Under the pieces are notes generated by a model. It did not search any database, was not told the origin of the DNA, and saw nothing but the letters and a program-made list of their open reading frames with translations. A stretch of DNA of 64,000 bases from an uncultured Hyphomicrobiales bacterium (GTDB lineage: Bacteria > Pseudomonadota > Alphaproteobacteria > Reyranellales > JAQSWP01): the NCBI GenBank assembly GCA_964458605.1, contig CAYWLS010000016.1:29620-93619 (forward strand), in the 5' to 3' direction. The translations under genes and the position numbers were made by a program. Numbering within the stretch: the stretch's first letter is position 1; every line of letters starts with the position of its first letter. Below are positions 35,742 through 44,990 of the stretch, in pieces.

Positions 35742-36707
35742 ATGAAAAACATAACCATCAAGCAGTTGCGTGCCTTCATCGCGGTTTCGCGCGAGAAGAA
35801 CTTCACCCGCGCCGCCAGCCAGCTTGGCCTGTCGCAATCGGCGCTGACCATCGCGGTGCGCCAGCTCGAGCGCGAGATCAACCTCAAGCTGTTCGACCGC
35901 TCGACTCGGTCGGTGCAGCTCACCCCGCACGCCACCGCCTTCCTGCCCACCGCCGAGCGGCTGCTGGAGGACCTGTCGCGCGCGCTCGACGATTTGAGCG
36001 CCATCGCCGCGCGGCAGAAGGGCAACGTGGTGGTGGCCGCCACCGCCTCGTTCCTGTGCTCGGTGCTGGCGCCGACCGTGGCGGCGTTCTCGCGCAAATA
36101 TCCCGGCATCCACATCAAGCTGGTCAACACCCCGGAAAACCTGGCGCGCCGCGTGCTGGAGGAAGAGATCGATTTCGGCATCGCCAATGTCTGGCAGCCG
36201 GTACAGTCGCTGGAATCGCACCTGCTGCTGGAGGACCGCTTCGGCCTGGTGTGCCCTGCCAAGCATCCGCTGGCCAAGGCGGCGGGACAGCTGAGCTGGA
36301 GCGATCTGCGCCAGCAGCCGGTCGTCACCATGGCGCCCGGCACCTCGGTGCGCGACATCATGGACCGCCAGAAGACCGCTTCGGGCAATCTGCAAAGCCC
36401 GGTCTGCGAGGTCAGCAGCATCTTCGCGCTGGGCGCGCTGATCGAGAACAATGTCGGCATCGCCGTGCTGCCGGCCCTGGTGGCGCGCCAGGTGCTGTCG
36501 CGCAACCTGGTGTTCCGGCCGCTCAGCCGGCCGGTGATCAAGCGCGACCTGTCGATCGTCAAGCGGCGCGGCCGCAGCCTGACGCCGGCGGCGCTGGAGC
36601 TGATCCGCTCCATGACCATCGTGCTGGGCGAGATCGGGCGCGACCCGCATATCGACGTGCAACCGGCGGCGTCGCTGATGGCCGGGCTGGCCGGCGACGC
36701 GCCCTGA
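35742..36707 (+). CDS. LysR family transcriptional regulator
   Basis: MKNITIKQLRAFIAVSREKNFTRAASQLGLSQSALTIAVRQLE is the canonical LysR HTH. The ATG at 35742 is preferred over the TTG at 35730. Confidence 0.9.
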   Translation: MKNITIKQLRAFIAVSREKNFTRAASQLGLSQSALTIAVRQLEREINLKLFDRSTRSVQLTPHATAFLPTAERLLEDLSRALDDLSAIAARQKGNVVVAATASFLCSVLAPTVAAFSRKYPGIHIKLVNTPENLARRVLEEEIDFGIANVWQPVQSLESHLLLEDRFGLVCPAKHPLAKAAGQLSWSDLRQQPVVTMAPGTSVRDIMDRQKTASGNLQSPVCEVSSIFALGALIENNVGIAVLPALVARQVLSRNLVFRPLSRPVIKRDLSIVKRRGRSLTPAALELIRSMTIVLGEIGRDPHIDVQPAASLMAGLAGDAP

Positions 36708-36859
36708 ACGGCGCGCGCGCGATGCCGCACCGCAGCAGGCGGAGCCATGAGCGGGTCTCATTATTCCATTTAATTAATATATTAGATCAATACATCCGCC
36801 GTCGCTAAGATTGCGCCGCATTGCAACAAACCGACCGGCAGGAGGGTTCGAGCCCGGCG

Positions 36860-38404
36860 ATGCTCCAGTTCGACACACCCGACATCATGCTGCCCGAGAT
36901 CATGGCGTTGCACGCCCGCAACCAGCCGCGCAAACCGGCACTGATCTGCGACGGCGCGACGATCGACTGGGCGACGTTCGATGGGGCCATGGCGCGGTTC
37001 GGCGAACGCCTGGCACGGCTGGGACTGAAGCGCGGCGACACGGTCGGCGTGCTGGCCGAGCCCGGCATCGACGGCATCGTCGCCCAGTTCGGCGTGCTGC
37101 GCGCGGGCATGACCGTGGCCTCGCTGTCGACCGTGGTGCAGCGCGATGCGCTGCTGCGCATGATCGCCGATTGCGGCGCCCGGGCGCTGGCGGTGTCGCC
37201 GCAGCATCGCGATGCCGTTGCCCTCGCCCCCATTCCGCCCGAGCGCGTGATCGTGCTGGGCGAGAACGAGCCGCCGGCGGCGCCCGGCGAGGCGCCCACA
37301 ATCGCCACTGCCGTCGATGGCGACGCCCCGCTCTGCATCATCTATTCCTCCGGCACCACCAGCCTGCCCAAGGGCATCGTGCTCAGCCATCGCTGCCGGC
37401 TGGCGACCGCGTTCCTGACCTGCAGCGAGTTCGGCTACAACTCGCGCTCGGTGGTGATCGTTGCGGCGCAGCTCCACTCCAACACGGCCTGGTCGCTGCT
37501 GATCCGCGCCTTCCTGTTCGGCGCCACTGCCGTGGTGATGGGCAGGTTCGACGCCACCGGATTCTGCCGCCTGGTCGACCGGCACAAGGCGACGCACACC
37601 ACCCTCGTGCCGGTGCAACTGCAGGCGATCCTCGACGTCGCCGACGGCTTCGACCTCACGTCGATCCAGACCGTCGGCTCGACCGGCTCGCTGATGCCGC
37701 CGGGCTTGAAGCGGCGGCTGATCGAGCGCTTCCCGCGCCAGTTCTACGAGGTCTACGGCCTGACCGAGGGCGTGGCGACCATCCTACGGCCCGAGGACAT
37801 GGCCGAGCACGGCGATTCGGCCGGCCGGCCGGTGTTGGGCAACGATATCCGCATCGTCGGCAACGACGATCGCGAAGTGCCGCCCGGCGAGCGCGGCGAG
37901 ATCGTCGGCTACGGCCCGCAATTGCTGCTGCGCTACCACAACGACGAGGCCCGCACTCGGGAGGCGATCTGGCGCGAGCCGCAATCGGGCCGCAGCTTCC
38001 TGCGCACCGGCGACATCGGCTATTTCGATGCCGACGGCTATCTGCACCTGGTCGATCGCAAGAAGGACATGATCGTGTCGGGCGGCTACAACGTGTTCGC
38101 CGCTGATATCGAGGCGGTGATCGGCTCGCATCCCGAGATCGCCGAGGCCGGCGTGATCGCCGTGCCGCACGAGAAATGGGGCGAGACTCCGGCCGCCTTC
38201 GTGGTACCGCGTCCGGCCCTGGGCCTGGCACCCGAAGAACTGCGGCTGTGGATCAACCAGCGCCTGGGCAAGCACCAGCGCGTCTCCGCCCTGTTCTACT
38301 GCGCGGCGCTGCCGCGCAACGCCAGCGGCAAGGTGGTCAAGCCCGAGCTGCGCGCCCGCTACGAGCAACTCAAGACCGCCGCCGGCGGGGAGACCATGCG
38401 ATGA
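36860..38404 (+). CDS. AMP-dependent acyl-CoA synthetase/ligase
   Basis: ORF 36821..38404. The start is uncertain (ATG 36860, 36887 or 36902). Motifs IYSSGTTSLPKG, YGLTEG, RTGDIGYFDADGYLHLVDRKKDMIVSGGYNV, PRNASGKVVK. Confidence 0.85.
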   Translation: MLQFDTPDIMLPEIMALHARNQPRKPALICDGATIDWATFDGAMARFGERLARLGLKRGDTVGVLAEPGIDGIVAQFGVLRAGMTVASLSTVVQRDALLRMIADCGARALAVSPQHRDAVALAPIPPERVIVLGENEPPAAPGEAPTIATAVDGDAPLCIIYSSGTTSLPKGIVLSHRCRLATAFLTCSEFGYNSRSVVIVAAQLHSNTAWSLLIRAFLFGATAVVMGRFDATGFCRLVDRHKATHTTLVPVQLQAILDVADGFDLTSIQTVGSTGSLMPPGLKRRLIERFPRQFYEVYGLTEGVATILRPEDMAEHGDSAGRPVLGNDIRIVGNDDREVPPGERGEIVGYGPQLLLRYHNDEARTREAIWREPQSGRSFLRTGDIGYFDADGYLHLVDRKKDMIVSGGYNVFAADIEAVIGSHPEIAEAGVIAVPHEKWGETPAAFVVPRPALGLAPEELRLWINQRLGKHQRVSALFYCAALPRNASGKVVKPELRARYEQLKTAAGGETMR

Positions 38405-39219
38405 GCCTGACCCAGCCAGCGGCCGCCGCGACGCCGCACAACAGCGGCGCCATCGCCATCTCCGGCGTGACCAAGACCTACGACAGCGGCGGCAGCAAGA
38501 CCGTCGCCGTCTCCAACATCGAACTGAAGATCGCGCCGGGCGAATTCGTCGTGCTGCTGGGCCGCTCGGGCTGCGGCAAGACCACCCTGCTGCGCTCGCT
38601 GGCCGGCCTGCTGGCGCCCAGCGCCGGCAGCATCGCCATCGACGGTCAAAAGCTTTACGACGAGCGCGGCAAGGTGCAGCGCCCGGTGCTGGGCAATCTC
38701 GGCTTCGTGTTCCAGGACGCCAATCTGCTGCCGTGGCGCTCGGTGTGGAAGAACATCGCCCTGCCGCTGGAAGTGCAGAAGATGCCCAAGGAGGCCCGCC
38801 GGCGCCGCGCCGAACAGCTGGCGCAGCTGGCCAAGCTGGAAGGCTTCCTCGACCACCTGCCGCGCGCCCTGTCGGGCGGCATGCGCCAGCGCGTCGCCAT
38901 CATGCGCGCACTGGCGCCCGAGCCTTCCATCCTGCTGATGGACGAGCCGTTCAGCGCGCTCGACGCCATGACGCGCGACGAGCTGAACCTCAGCCTGCAG
39001 GACATCTGGATGCGCCAGCGCAAGACGGTGGTGCTGGTGACCCACTCGATCAACGAGGCGGTGTTCCTGGCCGACAGGATCGTGTTGCTGTCGCCCCATC
39101 CGGGCCGCATCCAGCGCGTCATCCCGGTTCCCTTCCTGCGGCCCCGGCCGCTCAGCCTGGCCCGCGATCCCGAATTCCAGCGCCTGGCCGGCGAATTGCG
39201 CGAGGAGCTGGGAGAATGA
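38401..39219 (+). CDS. ABC transporter ATP-binding protein (NitT/TauT nitrate-sulfonate-bicarbonate type)
   Basis: Met76 of ORF 38176..39219. Walker A GRSGCGKTT, signature LSGGMRQR, Walker B ILLMDEPFSALD. ATGA overlap with the ligase stop. Confidence 0.9.
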   Translation: MSLTQPAAAATPHNSGAIAISGVTKTYDSGGSKTVAVSNIELKIAPGEFVVLLGRSGCGKTTLLRSLAGLLAPSAGSIAIDGQKLYDERGKVQRPVLGNLGFVFQDANLLPWRSVWKNIALPLEVQKMPKEARRRRAEQLAQLAKLEGFLDHLPRALSGGMRQRVAIMRALAPEPSILLMDEPFSALDAMTRDELNLSLQDIWMRQRKTVVLVTHSINEAVFLADRIVLLSPHPGRIQRVIPVPFLRPRPLSLARDPEFQRLAGELREELGE

Positions 39220-40058
39220 CCATGGAAGCGCGCAGCCAGGAGGAACTGGATCTCGAACGGCCGCTGCCGACCCCGGTCGGCAAGTCGCCCCTCGAACGTC
39301 ACCTGATCTGGATCACCACGCCGATCCTGATCGCCGCCTTCGTCGCCCTGTGGAAGCTCTACATCGTGCTGTTCAAGGTCAGCCCGTTCATGCTGCCGCC
39401 GCCGGAGAAGGTCGGCGCGGCGCTGCTCGACATGCTGCAGAAGGGCTATTTCTGGCACAACCTGGGCGTCACGGTATCGGAGATCCTGCTCGGCTTCGCG
39501 CTGGCGGTGCTGTTCGGCGCGGTGCTGGGCGTGGCGCTGGGCAAATCGGCGCTGTTCGAGCGCATCGCGGCGCCCTTCATCATCGGTTCGCAGGTCACGC
39601 CCAAGGTGGCGCTGATGCCGCTGTTCCTGCTGTGGATCGGCTTCGGCATCTCCTCGAAGATCGCCATGGTTGTGTTGCTGTCGTTCTTTCCGGTGATGAA
39701 GGCCACCATCCTGGGCGTGCGCTCGATCGGCGCCGAGCAGCGCGACCTGTTCACCGTGATCCGCGCGCCGCTCGTCAAGCGCATCGTCTCGCTCGACGTG
39801 CCGGCGGTGCTGCCCTACCTGCTGACCGGCGTCGAGACCGCCAGCGTGCTGGCGGTGACCGGCGCCATCGTCGGCGAATATCTCGCCGGCAACGAAGGTC
39901 TGGGCGCGCTGGTGGTGATCACCCTCAACGCCATGCGCGTCGACCAGATGTTCGCCGCCATCGTCGCGCTGGCCATCTTCGGCTTCGTCTTCTACGCCCT
40001 GATCGCCTCGATCCGCCGCTTTGCCGTGCCGTGGCACGATTCCAACCAGAAGAACTGA
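39216..40058 (+). CDS. ABC transporter permease (NitT/TauT type)
   Basis: Met162 of ORF 38733..40058 (alternative ATG at 39222). About six hydrophobic segments and an EAA-like loop. Confidence 0.85.
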   Translation: MTMEARSQEELDLERPLPTPVGKSPLERHLIWITTPILIAAFVALWKLYIVLFKVSPFMLPPPEKVGAALLDMLQKGYFWHNLGVTVSEILLGFALAVLFGAVLGVALGKSALFERIAAPFIIGSQVTPKVALMPLFLLWIGFGISSKIAMVVLLSFFPVMKATILGVRSIGAEQRDLFTVIRAPLVKRIVSLDVPAVLPYLLTGVETASVLAVTGAIVGEYLAGNEGLGALVVITLNAMRVDQMFAAIVALAIFGFVFYALIASIRRFAVPWHDSNQKN

Positions 40059-40095
40059 GCCGATTTCCCCTCGTCGCTTCCTACAGGAGACCGCA

Positions 40096-41127
40096 ATGAA
40101 CCGTCGTCAATTGCTGAAAGGCGCAGCCGCCGCCTCCGTCGCCGCCGCCTTCGGCGGCACTTCCGTGCGCTTCGGCCTCTCGAGCGCGCTGGCCCAGGGC
40201 GGGCCGGAATACACCTACATGGCGCCCTCGCGGCTGACCCTGTTCCAGAGCTACCTGCTGATCGCCGAGGCCAAGGGCTATTTCAAGGACGAAGCCGTAT
40301 CGATCAAGATCCAGCCCGGCACCAACACCGTGGTGGCGGTGCAGCAGGTGGCGGCCGGCGCTGCCGCCTTCGGCATGGCGGCGCCGATCTCGACCTGCGC
40401 GCCGATCGCCGACCAGAAGGCGCCGATCGTCAGCATCGGCCAGATCGGTTACCGCAATTTCTGGGAACTGGCCTCCCTGCCCGGCAAGCCGCTGAAGCAT
40501 CCGAAGGACTGGCAGGGCAAGACCGTCGGCATCATCTCGGTCGGCGGCGCCGCCGACCTGCAGTTCGACGCCATGTCGATGGCGGTCGGCCTCGATCCCA
40601 AGAACGTCAAGAAGGTGGTCACCGGGCTGGGGCCGAGCGGCCTGGCCTTCCTGCAGCGCGGCGACGTCGACGGCTTCTTCGTGTTCTACGAATCGAAGCT
40701 GGCGCTGCAGCAGCAGGGCGTCGACCTGTTCTACCTGCCGGCCGACGACTACGCGCCGCTGCCGGCCGACGCGCTGATCACCTCGCGCCCCTTCGCCGAC
40801 GATCCGGCCAACGAGCAGGTGATCGTCAAGTTCCTGCGCGCCTGCCGCAAGGGCGTCGAGTACATGCAGGATGAAAAGAACTACGACGAGATCATCGGCA
40901 TGTTCAAGAAATACAACCCGATCGAGGGCGAGCAGGTCGAGAAGGGCAAGCGCGTGCTGAAGCTGCTGCAGCACTACATGAAGCCGCCGGGCAATCTGCC
41001 GCGCCTGAAGATGAGCGACGAGGACTGGGCCAAGGCGGTGGCGCTGCTGGAGAAGTCGGACGTGATCAAGACCAAGGGCCTGGGCGCCCAGCACTATTAC
41101 ACCAACAAATTCATCGACAAGGTGTAG
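40096..41127 (+). CDS. ABC transporter periplasmic substrate-binding protein (NMT1/SsuA/TauA-like) with Tat-type signal
   Basis: Met26 of ORF 40021..41127. MNRRQLLKGAAAASVAAAFG twin-arginine signal, with GGAGA upstream. Confidence 0.8.
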   Translation: MNRRQLLKGAAAASVAAAFGGTSVRFGLSSALAQGGPEYTYMAPSRLTLFQSYLLIAEAKGYFKDEAVSIKIQPGTNTVVAVQQVAAGAAAFGMAAPISTCAPIADQKAPIVSIGQIGYRNFWELASLPGKPLKHPKDWQGKTVGIISVGGAADLQFDAMSMAVGLDPKNVKKVVTGLGPSGLAFLQRGDVDGFFVFYESKLALQQQGVDLFYLPADDYAPLPADALITSRPFADDPANEQVIVKFLRACRKGVEYMQDEKNYDEIIGMFKKYNPIEGEQVEKGKRVLKLLQHYMKPPGNLPRLKMSDEDWAKAVALLEKSDVIKTKGLGAQHYYTNKFIDKV

Positions 41128-41145
41128 CGTCGGGAATGGCGCGGC

Positions 41146-42816
41146 TCACGCGGGCCGCGCCAGCACCTGGCGAATGACGGCGGCGGCATCCGCGTCGCCG
41201 TTGCCGCGCCAGGCCACCACCTGGTCCGGCCGGACCAGCGCCAGATCGGCGCCGTAGAGATCGCGCGCCGCCGCGCCCGGCAGATCGACGATCTTCAACG
41301 CCATCCCGGCCCGGGCTGCAGCGGCCACCAAGCCATCGCCCGGCGCGCCGGTCGACAATCGCAGCAACGTCCATTCGAAGCCAAACGCATCGTAGAGCGA
41401 CTGCTCGGGCGACAGCCAGAGATGCGGCGCCCGGCCGCCGGGACAGGCCGAGGGCACGTAGACATTGGCCGAGTCCGGCGGCGGCTCGGTCCCGTCGCCG
41501 ACGATCGCGGCCGATCGGTAGCGCGCGCCGAAGGTGATGCCCGGGATGTCGAACTCCGCCCGGCCATGCGCCGCCAGATAGTCGCCCGCCGCCTGCCGCG
41601 CCGCGCCGCCCGCGGCCGTGTCGGCTTCGATGTCCGGCGCCGGCACGAAGCGGCCCAGCGAGTCGGCGAACTGCCGCGCATAGCCGGTATTGCGCCTGGC
41701 CACGGGCTGCCGCTCGGTCTCGTAGGTCGCCAGCAGCGCGGGGCCCGCCTCGCCGCGCAGCACCGCCGCCAGCTTCCAACCGAGATTGGCGGCATCCTCG
41801 ATCGCGGTGTTGTAGCCCAGCCCGCCCGCCGGCGTGAACAGATGCGCCGCGTCGCCGGCCAGCAGCACTCTGCCCTGCTGGAAACGTTCGGCGACCAGCG
41901 CGTAGCCGGCGGTCCAGCTGCCGGTCGACAATATCTCGGCATCGACAGGCGCGCCTGTCGCCGCCTGGAACAGGCCCAGCGCCCGCGCCGGGGTCATGTC
42001 GTCTTCGCGCTCGTGGTCGCGCAACTGGGTGTGGAAAGCGAATTCGCCTTTGCCGTCGACCGCGGCCATGAAGGCACGGCGTTCGGGATTGAAAGTTACG
42101 TTCATCCATGCCGGCGGATGGGGCGTCGCTCGATAGAAGTCCGGCGCGCGCAGATAGACCGCGAACATGCGGCCACCGAAGAAGTCGCGCACGGCGCCCC
42201 GGTCGCCGCTATAGCCCAAGCCCAGCGACCGCCGCACCGTGCTGCGGGCCCCGTCCGCCCCCACCATGTAGTCGGCGTCGAGCCGGAAACGACGACCGTC
42301 GCTCAAGCGCTCGATATCGGCGACGACGCGCTCGTCGCTGGCGTCGAACGATATCAACCGCATGCCATAGCGCACGGCGATGCCGGGCAGCGCCTCGGCA
42401 TGGCGGCGCAACACCTGCTCGACGAATTTCTGCGACACGCGGTGCGGCAGCTCGGCCGCGCTCCACGAGCCGGTCAGCGTCCCGACGCGCTCGACCGCCT
42501 GGCGCGCCGAGGGCAGTTGGAAGCGTGCCAGCTCGTGGCCGGCGAAGCGCGTGAAATAGGCGATGTCGGTGGGAAAATCCGGCGGCAGGCCCAGCGCCCG
42601 GATTTCCCGGGCAATGCCCAGCCGCCGGAAATGCTCCATGGTGCGGGCTTGCGTAGCGTTGGCCTGCGGGTTGAACGCCGTGCCGGGCTTGGCATCGACC
42701 AGCACCGCGCCGATGCCGCGCCGGCCCAGCTCGTTGGCCAGCATCAGGCCGCAAGGACCGCCGCCGACGATCAGCACGGCGCAGCGGTTCGGCAAGGTCT
42801 GGTCGGGGCCGTCCAT
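41146..42816 (-). CDS. FAD-binding aromatic monooxygenase (PheA/TfdB/MhpA-like), ~556 aa
   Basis: Met43 of ORF 41146..42942. Motifs VLIVGGGPCGLMLANELGRRG and LLAGDAAHLFTPAGGLGYNTAIEDAANLGWKL. Confidence 0.85.
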   Translation of the reverse strand: MDGPDQTLPNRCAVLIVGGGPCGLMLANELGRRGIGAVLVDAKPGTAFNPQANATQARTMEHFRRLGIAREIRALGLPPDFPTDIAYFTRFAGHELARFQLPSARQAVERVGTLTGSWSAAELPHRVSQKFVEQVLRRHAEALPGIAVRYGMRLISFDASDERVVADIERLSDGRRFRLDADYMVGADGARSTVRRSLGLGYSGDRGAVRDFFGGRMFAVYLRAPDFYRATPHPPAWMNVTFNPERRAFMAAVDGKGEFAFHTQLRDHEREDDMTPARALGLFQAATGAPVDAEILSTGSWTAGYALVAERFQQGRVLLAGDAAHLFTPAGGLGYNTAIEDAANLGWKLAAVLRGEAGPALLATYETERQPVARRNTGYARQFADSLGRFVPAPDIEADTAAGGAARQAAGDYLAAHGRAEFDIPGITFGARYRSAAIVGDGTEPPPDSANVYVPSACPGGRAPHLWLSPEQSLYDAFGFEWTLLRLSTGAPGDGLVAAAARAGMALKIVDLPGAAARDLYGADLALVRPDQVVAWRGNGDADAAAVIRQVLARPA

Positions 42817-42827
42817 CGGCGGCGCGC

Positions 42828-43658
42828 TCAGGCGTCCAGGAAACGCCCGATCGCCGCCGCCGCGCCGGCCGGATCGGCCGTCACCGGCGGAATGGTGGCC
42901 TTGACCGCGCCGGGGATCAGCGCGGCGAATTCGTCGTGCCATTGCGCCAGCATGTCGTTGGCGGCGCAGGCGGCCATGGTCGGCACGCGGATGCGCTGGA
43001 ACTGCGCGCGCTTGTCGTAGCGGAAGGCGGCGCGATACGACAAATGATAGGTGGCGATGGCCTTCAGCACGTCCAGCACCTTGTCGTGCAGCACTTCCGG
43101 CGGCGGCAGGCCGAGGCTGCGGCGGTGGGCGGCGTCGGTGGCGTACCAGGGCCAGAACATGTAGGTATCGCGCACGAAGTGCCAGACCCAGTTGATGTGG
43201 CCGCCGTGCAGATCGGGCCGCATGGCCGGCGCATAGCGCTCCAGCAATTCGGCCTGCAGTGCGTCGGGATAGAGGCCGATGCCATCCAGCACCAGCTTGC
43301 GCACCCGGTCCGGCGCGGCGATCGCCAGTTCGGCGGCGATCGAGCCGCCGGTATGGGTGCCGTAGAGATCGAACCGCTCCAGCCCCAGCGCATCCAGCGC
43401 CTCGAGCAGCCGCGCCGCGAAGAACGGGATCTCCGGCTGGTCCGGCATCGCGCCCGAGGAATCGCCGTTGCCCATCGTGTCGGGCGCGATCACGCGCCGC
43501 GTCGGCGCGAACGCCGCCATCAGCGGCTCGAGCGACTTGGCCGAGCCCGGCGAGGCATGCACCAGCACCAGCGGCGTGCCGCCTGCTCCCGCTTCGCGAT
43601 AATGGATTTGTCCGCCTTCGACATCGGCGAAGCCCCGCTTGATCGATCGGCTGCTCAC
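42828..43658 (-). CDS. alpha/beta-fold hydrolase-like protein with an atypical nucleophile elbow
   Basis: ORF 42828..43754. I prefer the GTG at 43658 (GGGAGA 5 nt upstream). PLVLVHASPGSA, and an elbow reading DLYGTHTGGSIA (His where Ser/Asp/Cys is expected). Confidence 0.7.
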   Translation of the reverse strand: MSSRSIKRGFADVEGGQIHYREAGAGGTPLVLVHASPGSAKSLEPLMAAFAPTRRVIAPDTMGNGDSSGAMPDQPEIPFFAARLLEALDALGLERFDLYGTHTGGSIAAELAIAAPDRVRKLVLDGIGLYPDALQAELLERYAPAMRPDLHGGHINWVWHFVRDTYMFWPWYATDAAHRRSLGLPPPEVLHDKVLDVLKAIATYHLSYRAAFRYDKRAQFQRIRVPTMAACAANDMLAQWHDEFAALIPGAVKATIPPVTADPAGAAAAIGRFLDA

Positions 43659-43864
43659 TGAAATCTCCCTGCCGCAGATGGCGGTTACGTTCGGGCCGCG
43701 ATGAGGCAAAGACAAATTGAAAATTCTCGCCAATCGATGCCGTTCGCGCATCAATCTACGCCATCGGCCATGCCACTGGCCACGCCGCCGGGCGCGGGCC
43801 GTTTCACCGCGCCGCCGCTTCGTATAGGCTGCCGCGATCGGTTCAAGCTCTTGAGGAGTCGTCC

Positions 43865-44977
43865 ATGGAAGTCCGCGCCGCGGTGGCGTTCGAAGCCGGC
43901 AAGCCGCTCAGCATCGAAACGGTGAAGCTCGAGGGGCCGCGCGCCGGCGAGGTGCTGGTCGAGATCAAGGCCACCGGCGTCTGCCACACCGACGCCTATA
44001 CCCTGTCGGGACTGGATTCGGAGGGCAAGTTCCCCTGCATCCTGGGCCATGAAGGCGCCGGCATCGTGGTCGATATCGGCCCCGGCGTAACCAGCGTCAA
44101 GAAGGGCGACCACGTCATCCCGCTCTACACGCCCGAATGCCGGCAGTGCAAATCCTGCCTCAGCCGCAAGACCAATCTGTGCACCGCGATCCGCACCACC
44201 CAGGGCCAGGGCGTGATGCCGGACGGCAGCTCGCGCTTCTCGCGCGACGGCCGGCCGCTCTGGCACTACATGGGCACCTCGACCTTCGCCAACTACACCG
44301 TGCTGCCGGAGATCGCGGTGGCCAGGATCCGGCCCGACGCGCCGTTCGACAAGGTCTGCTATATCGGCTGCGGCGTCACCACCGGCATCGGCGCGGTGAT
44401 CTGGACCGCCAAGGTGACGCCGGGCGCCAATGTGGTGGTGTTCGGCCTGGGCGGCATCGGGCTGAACGTGATCCAGGGCGCGCGGCTGGCCGGCGCCGAC
44501 AAGATCGTCGGCGTCGACATCAACCCGGCGCGCCGCGCCATGGCCGAGAAATTCGGCATGACCCATTTCGTCGATCCGCGCGACATGAAGGAAGAGGAGC
44601 TGGTGCCCTACCTGGTCGAGCTGACCGATGGCGGCGCCGATTTCAGCTTCGAGTGCATCGGCAACACCAAGACCATGCGCCAGGCGCTGGAATGCTGCCA
44701 TCGCGGCTGGGGCCAGTCGATCATCATCGGCGTGGCGCCGTCGGGCACCGAGATCGCCACGAGGCCGTTCCAGCTCGTCACCGGGCGGGTCTGGAAGGGC
44801 TCGGCCTTCGGCGGGGCGCGCGGCCGCACCGATGTGCCCAAGATCGTCGACTGGTACATGGAGGGCAAGATCAACATCGACGATCTGATCACCCATGTCA
44901 TGCCGCTGGAGAAGATCAACGATGCCTTCGACCTTATGCATGAAGGCAAGTCGATCCGCTCCGTGGTCACCTTCTGA
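43865..44977 (+). CDS. frmA: S-(hydroxymethyl)glutathione dehydrogenase / class III alcohol dehydrogenase
   Basis: GVCHTDAYTLSGLDSEGKFPCILGHEGAGIV, CRQCKSCLSRKTNLC and GLGGIGL are typical of GSH-dependent formaldehyde dehydrogenase. Confidence 0.9.
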   Translation: MEVRAAVAFEAGKPLSIETVKLEGPRAGEVLVEIKATGVCHTDAYTLSGLDSEGKFPCILGHEGAGIVVDIGPGVTSVKKGDHVIPLYTPECRQCKSCLSRKTNLCTAIRTTQGQGVMPDGSSRFSRDGRPLWHYMGTSTFANYTVLPEIAVARIRPDAPFDKVCYIGCGVTTGIGAVIWTAKVTPGANVVVFGLGGIGLNVIQGARLAGADKIVGVDINPARRAMAEKFGMTHFVDPRDMKEEELVPYLVELTDGGADFSFECIGNTKTMRQALECCHRGWGQSIIIGVAPSGTEIATRPFQLVTGRVWKGSAFGGARGRTDVPKIVDWYMEGKINIDDLITHVMPLEKINDAFDLMHEGKSIRSVVTF

Positions 44978-44990
44978 ACGGAATTTGACG

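Noticed and set aside
41128-41160. The GC-rich inverted repeat GGCGCGGC...GCCGCGCC after the ABC binding-protein gene as a bidirectional terminator.
   Set aside because: It lies within the 3' coding end of the convergent monooxygenase gene and has no T/A-run. Support is too weak to call it.
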